From Octopus sinensis (lineage: Eukaryota): a stretch of DNA of 64,000 nucleotides. How positions within the stretch are numbered: the stretch's first letter is position 1; each line of letters starts with the position of its first letter. A model generated the notes under the pieces. The model had not been told where the DNA came from and made no database searches. It saw nothing but the letters and a program-made list of their open reading frames with translations. The stretch spans positions 67,456,001 through 67,520,000 of the forward strand of contig NC_042999.1 in NCBI RefSeq assembly GCF_006345805.1. The letters run 5' to 3'. Both the position numbers and the translations under genes were made by a program. Below are positions 1 through 13,727 of this stretch, piece after piece.

Positions 1-249
1 GCCACCCTACCCTTCTGGCACACTATTCTTTGATTCTTCGGCCTCCTCCAATCTGATCCTGTCAACCACTTCTCGTTTCTTCCCTCTTCCACACAACCCC
101 TTCTTTTGGCGCACCCACAAGTTTTGCAATTTTCTCATCTACAAATCCTCTTCCCTCACAACTGTTCTCTTCCTGGATCTCTGTCCTGTTTTCATCCCCG
201 CTGCTACTGCTACCCTTTTTTTTCAAACCATCATCTTCGCCTGACCCAA

Positions 250-575
250 CAACCATGTCTTCCATATTAGGGATTCGATTCTTTCAGATGTACTTTTAAC
301 AGCTACGTATATACGGTCCAATGTTCCCTCTGACAGTTCGATCTACATTGGGCAAACCGGACACCTCCTGTCCAACAAATCAACAGAGTACTTCAATGAC
401 ATCCGGCTTAGCAACGAGATTTCCGCCTCGCTGACCGCACCACCGAACAGGTCTTGGTCTTCGGCTTTGATCTTCGACACTGCATTTTCCACCACTCCGT
501 TCAAAACGTAACAGAAGCTTATTTCCTTACTCAAACTTCCACGCATTTTGGTCTGATTCACCCTCTCACATGTTG
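250..575 (+). mobile_element. Penelope-like retroelement, decayed GIY-YIG endonuclease domain
   Basis: A plus-strand frame reads IRDSILSDVLL..SIYIGQTGHLLSNKSTEYFNDIRLSNE, and a later piece reads QKLISLLK. This matches the C-terminal GIY-YIG (YIGQT) domain of Penelope-like elements. Frameshifted. Confidence 0.6.
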
Positions 576-1002
576 TAATCTGCACTTCCTCATCCACTCA
601 TTAATTATATCCCTTATCTCTCTGCGCCCCCTCCTTACCCTTCTCCTCTGCCCATTCCCATTTGCACTTCCATCCGTTCCTCTTAACTTACCCAACCTAC
701 ACTTCTAGCCATCCCCTCCCCGCCACACACACACACATTAGGTTCTGCACGCTTCTCTTTTCAGCCGCCTTCCCTAACACAATCACACTTTATTCTTATG
801 CGCACAGATGCGCACAACTCTATCTCTCTGCCGCCATGTCTCATTGAGAGACATATTCTCAAAGACCAGCATGCAAGCACATATCCACGAACGCCTAATT
901 TCTTCACTTACTCATACATGTGTGAGCGATCACTGACATTCTTACACATACGTTCTTCCACTCCATCACACCTATCACTTACATACACGCACAGGCACAT
1001 GA

Positions 1003-1275
1003 TAGGCTGTGAGGTAAGTAGCTTGCTTACCAACCACATGGTTCCGGGTTCAGTCCCACTGTGTGGCACCTTGGGCATGTGTCTTCTACTATAGCCTTGT
1101 GAGTGGATTTGGTAGACGGAAACTTAAAGAAGCCCGTCGTATATGTGTCTGTGTTTGACTCCCCACCGTTAGAATAAGTACTAGACTTACAAAGAATAAG
1201 TCTTGGGATCGATTTGTTCGACTAAAAGGCGCTGCTCCAGCATGGCTGCAGTCAAATGACTGAAATATATAAAAG
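1003..1275 (+). mobile_element. tRNA-derived SINE (family B, CORE-like ACCTTGGGCA..GT body, CCAGCATGGC..GCAGTCAAATGACTGAAA tail)
   Basis: Box A/B-like head (GGTTCAGTCCC). Near-identical copies recur at 57965-58365 and 62968-63365. Confidence 0.7.
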
Positions 1276-1929
1276 AATAAAGGAATTTGCACACACATAC
1301 AAACACACCGGCACGAGAACAAACGCATGCACAGACCCCTAGTCTTCACACATGCGCGCACGTGTACACACAATCACGCACACATAGTAACACAAACACA
1401 CTCACACAACCTCGTTCTCATATTCACACATTACCCATCAATTAGACTCAAGCCAATATCCTCATCCCCACAAGCCAACGCTACTATACTCCCACACTTG
1501 CACACACACAAATACATGCACCACACAAAGACGCACAGACGCACCACTCTTCTTGAAACCAGCCTCTAGATAGAGGTACATCCTGATACATGCATCCACA
1601 CACACACGCGCCGCCTTCCTTCTGAGCTCCCACAACAGAACAGTATTCTCTCTGCTTTCTATCCTTTCCTTTTTGTCCTGTGTCCCATTTATAAGCATTC
1701 TATTCTTCTCTTTCCCTTTCTGTTTTTTTCCCTCTTATTAAAGGATTTACGATATAAACGTTAATCTACTCTCATTCAAATCTTATGTTATGAAAAGAGG
1801 GCAGTTCATTGCCCAGGTGTCGAAACCATTGCGATACCGAGAGGCAGCTGATGATGGATGTATACGAGTAATGTGCTTCTTGACTGTCAAGGAAGAATAA
1901 CAGATGACTTTACACTAATCCCACTGAAG

Positions 1930-2605
1930 TCCCAACAGTTACAAATAACAAGTTAGGGGTGGGGTCACGATCGTTTGGGGGGTCATGAGCAAAGAGAGCC
2001 ATGTAATGCCGCCTCACTTTTTCCCCCGAAAGGTCTTAGAGTCAATGCCAGAGCCTACACCAGAAACAGGGACGAGTGCCAAGCTGTAGATCGAGAGAGT
2101 TGCTAAGGAAGGAAGGCTGTATACGTTCCCTCTCACACAAACTACATGACCTAAGAGTGAAAACGCGAAAATTTTCATCCTCGTGTTACCTCTAACATTT
2201 GATCTCTTAACTCTCCTGATTTAACCACCCCCACCTGGACTACTTTTCTTGGGGTGCCGTTGAGAGAGAGAGGGGGGAAAGAGAAAGAAAGACAGACAGA
2301 CAGAAGGGAGAGAGAGACAGAGAGACCAACAAGCATGTCCGCTATACCAAGGATTCATTGATGTATGCTATGGAGGACATTATGGCCAACATGAATAAAG
2401 ATTACATCAATAAGATTATTAAGCAGTTCAGATGCAATACCGAGGCAGTAATCGATACTAGTGGCTCTTTTATTGAATAGTCTTTTGCTATGTGTATGCG
2501 TAAAAATTTGTGTACCAAATTCTATAAAAACTTAAATTTTTCTAACAAAAGTTTTTATTTTCCTTAAATTAATTTCTCTTTTCAAATAGCCCACACACCC
2601 TGTGT
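1930..2605 (+). mobile_element. Decayed Tc1/mariner (maT/DD37D-like) transposase, 3' part
   Basis: Fragments read VGVTIVWGVM, GLRVNARAY, SPDL..LDYFSWGAVERE and KQFRCNTEAVIDTSGSFIE*. A CACCCTG TIR-like end lies near 2600. Confidence 0.55.
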
Positions 2606-3251
2606 ATATACGTGTGAGTGTGTGTGTATGTGTGTGTGTTCATAAATAAGTCTAATGTATATGCAACAAGACCCCCATGAAGCCAGAAAGCCTAAAGAAG
2701 TATTACCATTTCCAGAATTAGAATCCCTATGAAAAATAGTCCCGCAATATCAACATATGGTATAATATATATACAACAAAATGCAATGAACAAAGAAAAC
2801 AAGAACCGCTAAATATAAGATTTAGTCTACGAGAACTAGAAGTGCAATGGCGGACAACTTAAAACCACGAGATCAGAAAATAAAAAAGATTGACAGTCAA
2901 GAAGCACATTACTCGTATACATCTATCATCAGCTGCCTCACGGTATCACAATGGTTTCGACTCCTGGGCAATACCATTCAATACAATGGTATCAACAGTG
3001 TTACAAAGAGGAGAGAGAAAGAGAGATTTTCATATACGTGCATTTACGCGTATGTACGTGTGTGCCAATGAGAATGCGATCGATTTATTACCAATTTAAT
3101 TAGATAATTAATCAAGAAAACTGTATACAAAGTACATGAAACATTGTATAAGTGTTTTATTTAGCAAAGTCCTATTATTGAATTCAGCTGTTACCATCTC
3201 TGGCAGATGGTTCTACACACAGAAACACTCTTACGCTATATATATATTATA

Positions 3252-3282
<31 letters not shown>

Positions 3283-3283
<1 letters not shown>

Positions 3284-3922
3284 GAATTCGCCTTAAATGG
3301 TCCCTTTGCATACTGAACACTTGGTGAAATTGATTAATTAATTAATTTTACCCTCAATTGTTGAAATTATAATTCATCTCTCTCTATTTAAATGCCTCGG
3401 ATTTTACCGAAAAAAGCATAGTGTTTGCTGATTTTAACCCACGCTGGTGGAAAGGGGAAAGCAGAAATTCTTCGCTTGCATATTTGGGTTTGTTGGCACT
3501 GTTAGTTACGAGCGGATCTTCAAAAGCGATAGGAGGCCGAAGGAGTATGCTCCCACTTTCAGTGTTTTCAAATCCAAACCAGGGAGTTCTGAGCTGATGA
3601 TAGAAATGTCGAGTTTTGACTAATCTTGAAACGTACGTTCTCAATAACCTTTGCATCTGATTTTTTAATGTCTCTACCCCCCATACTTCCGTGAGTTGAA
3701 TTGAGCAAACACTATATGAGAGAGGTTTTCTTAAGTATTAGAAATAGTTTTATAAATGTTTTTTTAGCTGCTATTTCTAATGAGTTCAGTATGCGGCAAA
3801 GTAATTTATTTTACTAAGCCCTTTTATATAATGTAATAATTTGAATTCGCCTTAAATGGTCCCTTTGCATACTGAACACTTGGTGAAATTGATTAATTAA
3901 TTAATTTTACCCTCAATTGTTG

Positions 3923-3930
<8 letters not shown>
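3283..3930 (+). mobile_element. Terminally redundant HHR-bearing unit (89-bp direct repeats, 559-bp period) inserted in (TA)n
   Basis: 3283-3371 is identical to 3842-3930. (TA)n lies on both sides and a hammerhead motif is internal. Confidence 0.65.
3590..3643 (+). ncRNA. Type I hammerhead ribozyme motif (U.U mismatch at base of helix II)
   Basis: UGAG-CUGAUGA-[U AGA...UCU U]-GAAA-CGUACG-UU-CUCA. Helix I is UGAG/CUCA, helix III is the palindrome ACGUACGU, and the triplet is GUU. Confidence 0.65.
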
Positions 3931-4009
<79 letters not shown>

Positions 4010-4539
4010 ATATATATAAGGGGTTATATTCCAAGCTGTGACCTCGTGAAACACGTCTGCATATTCACATTAATCAAATGTATATATACAAATGTTTTAT
4101 TTCGGATGAGATATACATAACAATTGAAATTTTTAGTGAATTCTACGTATTTGCAGAGTAATTATATATCAAAACAGAAGACTGGAAACAATTAAGTATC
4201 CTTTTTTTATTCCATGTTACACGTGTTACAAGATAGGAGTCAAAAAGACATACATGGAGAGAAAAAGTGTATCCAATCTCCAATCAGTATATCTTCATAC
4301 AAAGATTCAAACATAGTACAAATTTACACTGGATGATGCTTAAGACTATAAATTGCAACATCGTCCAGTTTACATTTGCATTATCTTTAAATGGTAGTCT
4401 GAAGAATCACAGATAAGAGATTATATACATTTTTCTGCTTGTAGAGCTTTGTAATTCCTATCCTGTAACGAAACACGTATAAAAAATATACCAAATTTTA
4501 TCCAGTCTTTTGTTTTGATACACACACACACACACGCAC

Positions 4540-4614
<75 letters not shown>

Positions 4615-5319
4615 TATCGACCGCACATACTTAATAAATGCATTTTATTTGCTTGCCTATTCGCTGCGGAATAGTGCCTGGGGACGCCTCCCTCATTACG
4701 CTGGATGTTAAAAGTCATAAACAGGAGAGATAACTCGCGCTCGATCTTATCCAGGAGTGATAGATAGCGATATTTCGCCATCCGTGTGACTTATCGACAT
4801 CACGTTCCTGAAACGAATCGGGAACAAATCGAATCGTCAGTCTATGACTAAATATATAAATAATATAAAAACTGTTTGCTGATATGCCGTGGCAATGCAT
4901 ACGTAAAATCAAATTCAATAAAAGATTAAAAGCAGTGCTAGTGTCGTAGACATTATCGACTACATATATTCAATGTATGTATTTTGTTGGTTCGCCGGTT
5001 CGCTGCGGTATAGCGCCAGCGGGGACACACAGTATATTGAGACCTGTAAGCGACTGCCAAACTCCGACTTTGTCTTAAATTCTTCTGCAACAAAAGTAGA
5101 ATGTAACAACAATCCCACTATTATACATTCTTTTAAGATGGATTTTCAGTCAGTAGTTAAGTACACTTTGCTCAGATGTGGATGTTGGAACTATAGGTAT
5201 ATTATGAATATCTAGTGTTTATTGACAAATATGTAATCCCTAATGATTGAGGAGTCTGCCCTCTGAAATTAATAAGACCACAGATAGTACCAGTGAGATT
5301 ACCTTAAGGTCCTTTTTTG

Positions 5320-6000
5320 CAGAGGTCTGCAACCTTTTCTGTGCTACGGACTGAGACAAGACGAATTTTCCACGGACCGGCATATCACATGCATAACAAA
5401 GCACAAAATCTATAATATATAATTTAATTATTACACATACAATGCGAGTCAGATTCTCCAGTAGCTTCGTCCTTATACGCGAGTTGCTGGTTACGAGGCA
5501 AAGCGTCACAGAATGGTCCTTACTAGGAATATCATTACGAGAGTATATTTGTAACGAGGCAGTGTGAACGATGTGATTGCAGAATATCAAAAGTAGAAGT
5601 TCTACTGGGATGGACATGTCGTTAAGTTCACGGACAACTGGTGGATCCGTGCAGTTGCCGAGTAGTATCCAAGAAACTGGGAAAAGGCACTTGGAAGGCC
5701 TCTGCGACGACGGGAAGACGATTTAGTGAAGCAATTTGGGATAAGGTAGAAAATAATGGCACAATCAACAAAGAAGAAGAAGCACATTGTGGACAGCGAA
5801 TCATGACAGCATCAAGTAGCAAAGTCGATAATATCATAATGTAATATATAATGTATATATATTACTTATATTATACTCATATAATACAAAAACGCACCGC
5901 AAAACGCGATATTTAATAAAATAGAAATAACATTTTTAGATTTATTCTTTCTGTGCGGCCCGGTACCAAGTGATCCATGGCCCTGTAATTGAGCATCCTG
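5320..6000. mobile_element. Old hAT-like MITE interrupted by an RTE fragment
   Basis: CAGAGGTCTGCAACC left end, GCGGCCCGGTACC subterminal motif and a decayed right end. No TSD found. Confidence 0.3.
5590..5860 (+). mobile_element. RTE-clade LINE 3' end fragment
   Basis: Reads FYWDGHVVKFTDNWWIRAVAE*YPRNWEKALGRPLRRREDDL, the RTE C-terminal W.GHV.R...W...GRP..RW.D motif. Confidence 0.7.
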
Positions 6001-6049
6001 CCCTCCTGAACACTACTTCGAGTGCCTGCAGTTTTCGGGCATTACGTTA

Positions 6050-6900
6050 TACTCTTTGATGGACTTGCTACAACTCTTAGTTGCATACCACAATTTGCTT
6101 CAATTCTATGCGAGATATTTCCATTTAACAGCATTGAGGCTAATTTTTTCCTAATCATGAAATTTATTAAAATTTTTTTTTATTTGTGTTGTGGGTGATT
6201 GTCTAGAGCTATTTTCTCATAAATTAATTGCATCAGAAGCCTTAGATTATCAAAACGGATGACTTAATCAACCCATTACAAATGATAATTATACGGTGAA
6301 CTTCCGATGCTGAACTCCCTGGCCATTTCAACACTTCAGCACCCGATATAAAAGATTTCCAACTAATGTTTAATGCGCACCTTAAACACTTCCGATGGAC
6401 TATTCCAAGGATTTTTACGTATCGCCGAAATGATGTCCATATCTCAGATGAGCATAACAAAGGATGTGATGACGCGATTCATCGATGAAGAGCTTGGTGA
6501 AAAGTTTCAAGTCCATATCTGTCTAGGTTCGTTTCTTGTGTATTCCAAACACTACAGAAGCCTACTCTATGCTCAAGTTGGTCTCAGAAAATAAGGATTG
6601 ATCTCTGTATCTCTTAAACAAGTATACTTAGTACCAATATACGGATTACTTGGAGCAGGTATAAGCATAACTAAATTTTCCGTGTTTATTGTAAATTCAA
6701 AAGAAGCATAGGTACTAAAAAAGATTGCCATTATTTTCATATTATTTCGATCTGAGTGAGCCAGTGTCACAATTCCCCTTTAGCAAGTTTGAGTTGATCT
6801 AACGAAAGCTTTCGAAACGGTAAATACAAATGCAGTGGAGTGTCTGTGTGACCATATAGTGATATACATTTTAAATGCAAAGAATTTGGTCTGGAACAAA
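6050..6900 (-). mobile_element. RTE-clade LINE ORF fragment, decayed
   Basis: ORF 6242-6460 reads LCSSEIWTSFRRYVKILGIVHRKCLRCALNISWK, like the RTE LLYGSETWT..H.RCLRRILNISW motif. Confidence 0.65.
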
Positions 6901-6939
6901 AATATTACGAAAATTGTTTTCATGCTGGTTTCAGATTTA

Positions 6940-7675
6940 GGTACAAGGCTAGCAATTTCGGGAAAGAAATAAACCGATTACATCGACTCCATTACCCAAC
7001 TGATACTTATTTTATCAACTACGAGAGGATGAAAGGAAAAGCTGACCTGGACGGAATTTGAACGCAGAACGTCAAGACGGACGAATTGTTGCTAAGTATT
7101 TCGCCCGGCCTGCTAATATTCTGTCAGCTCGCGGCCTTGGAAATTGTCTACATGTTACAAATGAAAATGAGCGCCGTCATTATGAGAGGTATAGCATTTA
7201 GTCAAAACAAGCAATGTTTTCAATTTGTATACCCTTGTAAATATTCTTTTCTACTCTAGGCGCAAGGTCCGAAATTTTTGGGGAGGGGGCCTGTCGATTA
7301 GATCGACCCCTGTACGCAACTGGTACTTAATTTATCGACCCCCGAAAGGATGAAAAGTAAAGTCGACCATTGCGGAATTTGCACTCAGAACGGAAAGACA
7401 TACGAAATACCGCAAAGCATTTCGCCCAGTGTGCTACCGTTTCTTACTTCTTTATTGCCCACAAGGGGCTACACACAGAGGGGATAAACAAGGAGAGACA
7501 AACGGATTAAGTCGATTATATCGACCCCAGTGCGTAACTGGTACTTATTTAATCGACCCTGAAAGGATGAAAGGCAAAGTCGCCCTCGGCGGAATTTGAA
7601 CTCGGAACGTAGCGGCAGACGAAATACCGCTAAGCATTTCGCCCGGCGTGCTAACGTTTCTGCCAGCTCGCCGTC
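6940..7675 (-). mobile_element. Cluster of tRNA-derived SINEs (family A, CTTTGCCTTTCATCCTTTCGGGGTCGATAAA central domain, MetaSINE-like)
   Basis: Three full or partial copies of the most abundant repeat in the window. Confidence 0.75.
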
Positions 7676-8044
7676 TTTTTCCCTTGCGAATATTGACTAA
7701 CAAGAAATTATTATATACTCATATCTGAACATAGTCAAAATAGACCTCTTAAAGAATTCATATTCCTCTCACTGAGGAATAGACAAGGATCAGTCAAAGA
7801 ATTCAATATGATTGTTACATATAATTAAATAGTGAGTGTATGGATCCTCATTAGAAACAAGACTAAGAATATTTAGGTTATTTTAACGTAATTTGTTTTA
7901 TTTTCCGCGTATAATTTCCCGAGAAATATATACATACACACACATATGTGTGCGTGCACGTTTGTGTGTGCGTGTCTAAACCTGCTTAGTAGACATACAA
8001 ACACATCAATTTTACTTATTTATCCGTAGACTGCAAAAATGGTA

Positions 8045-8094
8045 AACAACCTTAATCGGCTTTCGACCTTCATTAGGGTTTCATCAGAGATGTC
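8045..8094 (-). ncRNA. Degenerate type I hammerhead motif
   Basis: GACAUCU-CUGAUGA-A ACC CUAAUGAA GGU C-GAAA-GCCGA-UUA-AGGUUGUU. A.C mismatch at 10.1/11.1 and a weak helix III. Confidence 0.45.
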
Positions 8095-8300
8095 TATATC
8101 ATTTGACCAATTCCAAAGAATACATCTAACATGCATGTACATATACATATACATTATCCTTCTTAAATCCTTCTTTTTTTTTCTATTTTACTGAGCCCTT
8201 TGCTAAATTTTTGCACAAAGAAATATTGTTGTGTTTCTATGAAATATCTATTTTATCATTGTTATAGAGTTGGATATATGTATACATACATGCATGTATG

Positions 8301-8394
<94 letters not shown>

Positions 8395-8830
8395 TGTATG
8401 TGTGCGTGCGCATACATATATGTGCATATATAAGCGTATATATAAGCATGTGAGTACATTCACACACATACATAATTGCAAAGAATACAATAAACCTCAG
8501 CGGAGCAAGAATGGACAACGTAATTAGCAAAATAAAAACAGAACACAAAGACAAATGCATTTTTTGTCAAATAAGTTGTATTTCACTGAAGTATTATTGA
8601 AAAAAGAAAAAAAAGACAGGAAAAATCACTAAAGTGTTTTAGCCTTAATTTATAAATACATTATCAATTGACCATCATTATTTCATGCTACTGTTCGGCA
8701 TTGTTATTGTTACGCTTTCTTTGAAGCATTAGGAACGATAACAGCAATGACAACACCAAGGTAACTCTACGTGGTTGGCCAACCTGCTAAAAGTGGTAAT
8801 CAAATCTTTCTCGCCTCAACTCCTGATGAA

Positions 8831-8875
<45 letters not shown>

Positions 8876-9694
8876 AAGATGAAAATACACATTGGATAAT
8901 GTGGTACAGGTTATAACAAACGCAGGCCTAGTGGTCATTTCAAGGACCTACAAGAGATGAGGAGTTTCAGTCGGTATATTAGTCCGGAGGCCAGAAAATC
9001 ATGACGGAACACGTGAATATGTAGCTTGTACCTCTCTTACACAGAAACACACTCACAAATTTTCAAGACCACTTCGAATTTTGTATGTATGTATGTATGT
9101 ATGTATTGTTCTGTCTCGTGCTTTGGGTTTCATCAGGCCGGCTGTCCCTTTCTTTATAACTTATAAGTGAGCGAGATCACAACATTCCGTTTGAACGGGA
9201 CACCAATCCGTTGCACGGTTAATCATTTACAGCCGAGGGGACTACAGCGACGTGAAATGCAGTGTTTTACTCAAGAACATAATGCGCCACCCGGTTGACA
9301 ATCGTATGTACAACACCCAAAGCGTTGAGCCAAGAGCTTTCATCCTTGAATTTTAAATGGAGATTTATTCCTCGACCCCACAAGTCTCAAACGAAGTTTT
9401 GTTTCGCTTTAGGAAATTTCTCGTAGAAGTCTATAGTCACTGCAAGAATGTCTTTGATTATAAGATCTACTGGATCAGGTTTGATCTGGCACTAAGCAAC
9501 AACAACAACTACAGTAACAACCTATAATTAAGTTTCAAATTAATTTATATATTTTGCAGTTATTCTCACGTGAGGAGTAACAGACGTTTGTCGTATAATA
9601 ATTTTATCTCGATACGAGTCAGTGGATCAGGTCAAAAGCGAATGGATCAAATTTGGTGTTGGTGGTGGTGGTGATGTAGTTATATATATATATA

Positions 9695-10191
9695 CTAGCA
9701 GTATCGCCCGGCGTTGCTCGGGTTTGTAAGGGAAATAACTATATAAGCATTTTTAGAGAGTTACTTCCCTTATAGATGCCAATTCGGGCTTTCTTAGCCA
9801 TTTCTGTTTTGGTGTCTTCAAGCCATGAAGTCGTTGTTCTAAAAGAACGCTGGTCTCCTTGACAACGCTTTACGACGTTGATTTCCTTACACTCCCTTCC
9901 CCACAGCTTCATGAGGGAGGGAAGAAGGGGGAGAAGCAAATAGGTGCAGGTGTGACCATGGACGCCAACTCCGCCGCCATCGACACACGAAAAATTATGC
10001 ATTAACATGGAATAAAAAATGATGTTAAATTATTTTTAAAATCGTAGACTCATCGTTGACGCGCGCTAATACTCAGACGGGCTCGATATGAATCACGACT
10101 ATAAGATACCCGAATTTGGTTGAACTGCACCGCAAAATGTGGGAGGAGTTAGGAATCTAAATCGAAGGGGACAGACACTCACACAACTACA

Positions 10192-10205
<14 letters not shown>
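9695..10205 (-). mobile_element. Non-autonomous Helitron
   Basis: The minus-strand 3' end is a CCCG-AGCAACGC-CGGG hairpin plus 8 nt plus CTAG|T. The 5' end, TATATAAAACTG..TGTGTG.GTGTCTGTC, is shared with the element at 27678. Confidence 0.75.
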
Positions 10206-10240
<35 letters not shown>

Positions 10241-10621
10241 ATCGCAATAGTATTAAGGTGGTTTTACAAAGACCTCAGACCACCATGCACGCGAGAACGA
10301 ACTCAGTACAGCAAGATAACTAGTTATTCGTCATTTCTAGAGTGCTGTTATTGTTGCTACGGAAGGTGGTGATGGTGGTGGTAGTATCACCTATGTTGTA
10401 GCTTGACCTGATAGCAAAATAACAATCAAATCTTTCTCCAATTAGATACTTTCTTAAAGCAGAAAAGAGACACGAAATAATGTATCCACTGATGTATTCT
10501 TTGCGGTTCTCTGCGCTCTGAGCTCGAACCCGTCACGGTCACTTTGCTTCACATCATTTTTACGCTGATATATAAAATACCAGTACAGCACTGGGTCTAT
10601 TCTTCGCTTTCTCTATATATA

Positions 10622-10819
10622 CAGCGTGGACCAAAAGTCACGCATCATTTTATTCATATTACGTTATTATTACTATTATTCGTTTTGTTCATCATGTACA
10701 AGAACGTGTGTATTCATCATTATTTTATTGATTTTATTCAATTTTAGAAAAATTGAAGCATGTCTGACAATTTCGGAGCATATTGAACTTCCTTTTAGCA
10801 TGACTTTTGGTCCACCCTG
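10622..10819. mobile_element. Tc1/mariner MITE
   Basis: TIRs CAGCGTGGACCAAAAGTCA / TGACTTTTGGTCCACCCTG, with TA on both sides. Confidence 0.85.
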
Positions 10820-10929
10820 TATTTTCTTTCTGGATTGTGCCAGTCATTTGGTTCGAATATCCCTCAGATATAAGATCTCTCTGTCTGAGTTGATCTCTGA
10901 TCAAGCAGATATATTTAATCCCTAGTTAG

Positions 10930-11830
10930 CCAGTCGAACAACTGTGATCCACAGACCCTGTGTAATCAAATGTGATCCACATAATCCAGCGTAACTCGGA
11001 GACACAGCGTGAATAGCAGATTTAGTGAGAGCAATAGATGGATCTTTTCGGTTTGAACGGCAGTTTTTTCTAGCGGTGTCATATGAAATTGTCACCCATA
11101 ATTATGACCCTAGTATCGATCTATTGCATTTCAACCTGTTTTAGGGTTAGGGTTAGGAGTGGGGAGAAGTGTATATTTTTTTCTTCAGAAATGTAAATAA
11201 ATCCAATCTGTTTCTTAAACGAGGGACATATTCATACGGCACAGAATGTTTTCACCTCAATAGACGTATTTGATTGGTTGAAATTGCAGAAATTGAAGAA
11301 AAAACCCACAAATATCTTACAAACATTAGAATTTTCTCAATAAAGCCAAGAGAAAAAGATGTTTTATAAACACATTCTACCAGTATACGAAGTTTAAATT
11401 TTTTTAGTTACCTAGAAATTATGTTAAAAACTGCCGTTCAAACCGAAAAGATCCCAATAGATCTTTTATTATCTACAAAGCCAGTATGACCGACAAATCC
11501 AGGATGACCAGCAGATCCATTATCATAACTTGTATGGTTTCATATATCCAGCTGAACCATAGATCGAGTGTAATTAACACATCCAGAGTGACCTAAAGAT
11601 TTAATTTGACTCTAACACAGATTCTTTGTGACTCAGAGAAAGAGTGTGACAGAGAGCCTGTGTGACACACAAATCTATTGTGAAAGACATATCCTGAGTG
11701 ACTCACAGATATAGTTTGACCCACAGATCCTGTGTGACTTACAGATATAATGTGACACAGGTCCTGTGTGTCTCACAGGTAGGGTGTGACACAGATCCTG
11801 TGTGACTCACAGGTCAATATTATAGAGTAG
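10930..11830. repeat. Degenerate minisatellite (TGTGAC.CACAGATCCTG-like units) interrupted by a MITE
   Basis: Repeated tgtgac/cacagat/cctgtgtga motifs, clearest at 11650-11815. Confidence 0.55.
11040..11454. mobile_element. MITE with GG-starting TIRs and 8-bp TSD (probably Merlin superfamily)
   Basis: TIR GGATCTTTTCGGTTTGAACGGCAGTTTTT and its reverse complement. Perfect TSD CAATAGAT at 11032-11039 and 11455-11462. Confidence 0.85.
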
Positions 11831-13329
11831 TTGTGTGGCCACCAAACCAACCCTGATCGAACTGTTCATGAGACATTCCTTCCGTGACCATCTCGTCTTT
11901 TATTATTTGTTGACAAGTGTACCCTGTATTCAATGTGTCTTTCAGATGATAGAGATTGATCTGAGGAATTATCTAGCTATTACTTCTAGTAGATCGAGTG
12001 ATGAAATAAAATTGATCTTATGCTGGGGGTACTGCTGCTACTGGTTATCATAATAGTGGTGGTGGTGCTGGTAATGGTGGCAATAGTGGTGGAACTGTTG
12101 TTGCTGCTGGTTGTCGTGGTGACAGCAATGGCGGCGGCGATGATGGTTGTTGTTGCTATTGTATTGCTAGAGATTAATGTTATTGCCTTTATTGATCCCT
12201 TTGATCCCTAAATACCCCTGATCGAGCAGGCCTGTGATCAAGGACACTCCAACCATGACAATACCGTAAGTTTTTAATCTATTTATTGGTATGCAGGACT
12301 ACATTAAATAGCATATCCTTTCTTCAGTTAAAAGGGTTAGTGTTTGATTTGGGAGATATTTGACTATCATATCTAGCAAGTCAATTAACCACATTAAGAG
12401 TCCGTTTCTTCTTTGTGGGGCTGTGGTTTAGTCTTCCAGTGTAGAACTTAACTGCATGCTGTTTGATTATTGTTATTGTTAATATCATACCGGGAGAACA
12501 CAAAGGAAAGATGGTGTTACTTGCTCAGAATAATAATAACGTTGTGTAGCAAAATTTTTATTTATTTTTGTCTTCGGTCAGCAAGTGTTATTCCTTATTT
12601 GTTTCTATCTAGGAATAGAAAGGAATTACTTCTATTCCCTTAAACTTTGCTTTTGTGACCTGGACATCAATGTTTTGAAACTGACCTATTTTCCATTATG
12701 TTTCAGAAAGATCCAGCACTGAGTTGCGGAAGAAACATCGTTTTAGCAAATATTCTGCTCAATACCACAAATTTGTTTGTCAGTTGTTTGACCTTAACGA
12801 TTTGAGCATATCCCTCAGTGGCTGACAACGTGCATCTCTGATCATGAGCAGGAGTAGTGGCGGGGCATCATAGCCATGTGTTTAGAGGGATTCTTTGGGA
12901 TTTTAATAAAAGTAACAAAAGCAAAGTTTAAAAGAAACATTAGCCATTTTTTCATACGTGTTAGGAGAAAGCAGACAGGAAATAACGGTTGCTATCCAAG
13001 AACAAAAATAGTGTTACACAGTGGGATAATAATCTATGATATACGACCATACAGAATGCTCGTATCCCGGGATGAAATTAAGTGTACATACGGACATTCA
13101 TACAAACATAAATGCATGCCTTTATTTGTGTGTATTTATATGTATGTATGCAGATAGGTAGGTAAGTAAATAGGTAGGCATGCATATATGCATGTATGCG
13201 TATGTGTGCATATTTGTCTATGTGTTGTTTTTTTGCGTATCTATGCATGATATGGGAATGTATGGATAGATGGATGGATCACATACAGGCCATTCCATTG
13301 CTTTTATATTTGTCTCTGTCTTTCTCTCT

Positions 13330-13335
13330 CTCTCA

Positions 13336-13371
<36 letters not shown>

Positions 13372-13696
13372 ATATATATATATATATATTTCATACATAC
13401 ATACATACACATATATATGTGTATATACACACATGTACGTAACTATATATACATATATACATATGTCAATAGTCATATTATATACATATATAAATATACA
13501 TATATATATACATACACATATATACATATACACATATACGTATATACATATACACATATATATATATACACATATACACATATGCATACACACATATACA
13601 TATATACATACATGTATATACATACATATATATAATTATATACATATACATATATATAGATATATATATATATGTATATATATATATACATATACT

Positions 13697-13727
<31 letters not shown>

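Noticed and set aside
1820-1860. GAAAC...CTGATGA as a permuted hammerhead (also 2920-2960, minus strand)
   Set aside because: No helix I or II can be formed in any topology.
4033-4065. Hammerhead-like CTGTGA..GAAACACGTC next to (TA)n
   Set aside because: A core base is missing and neither helix I nor helix II pairs. At best a very old relic, so it was not counted.
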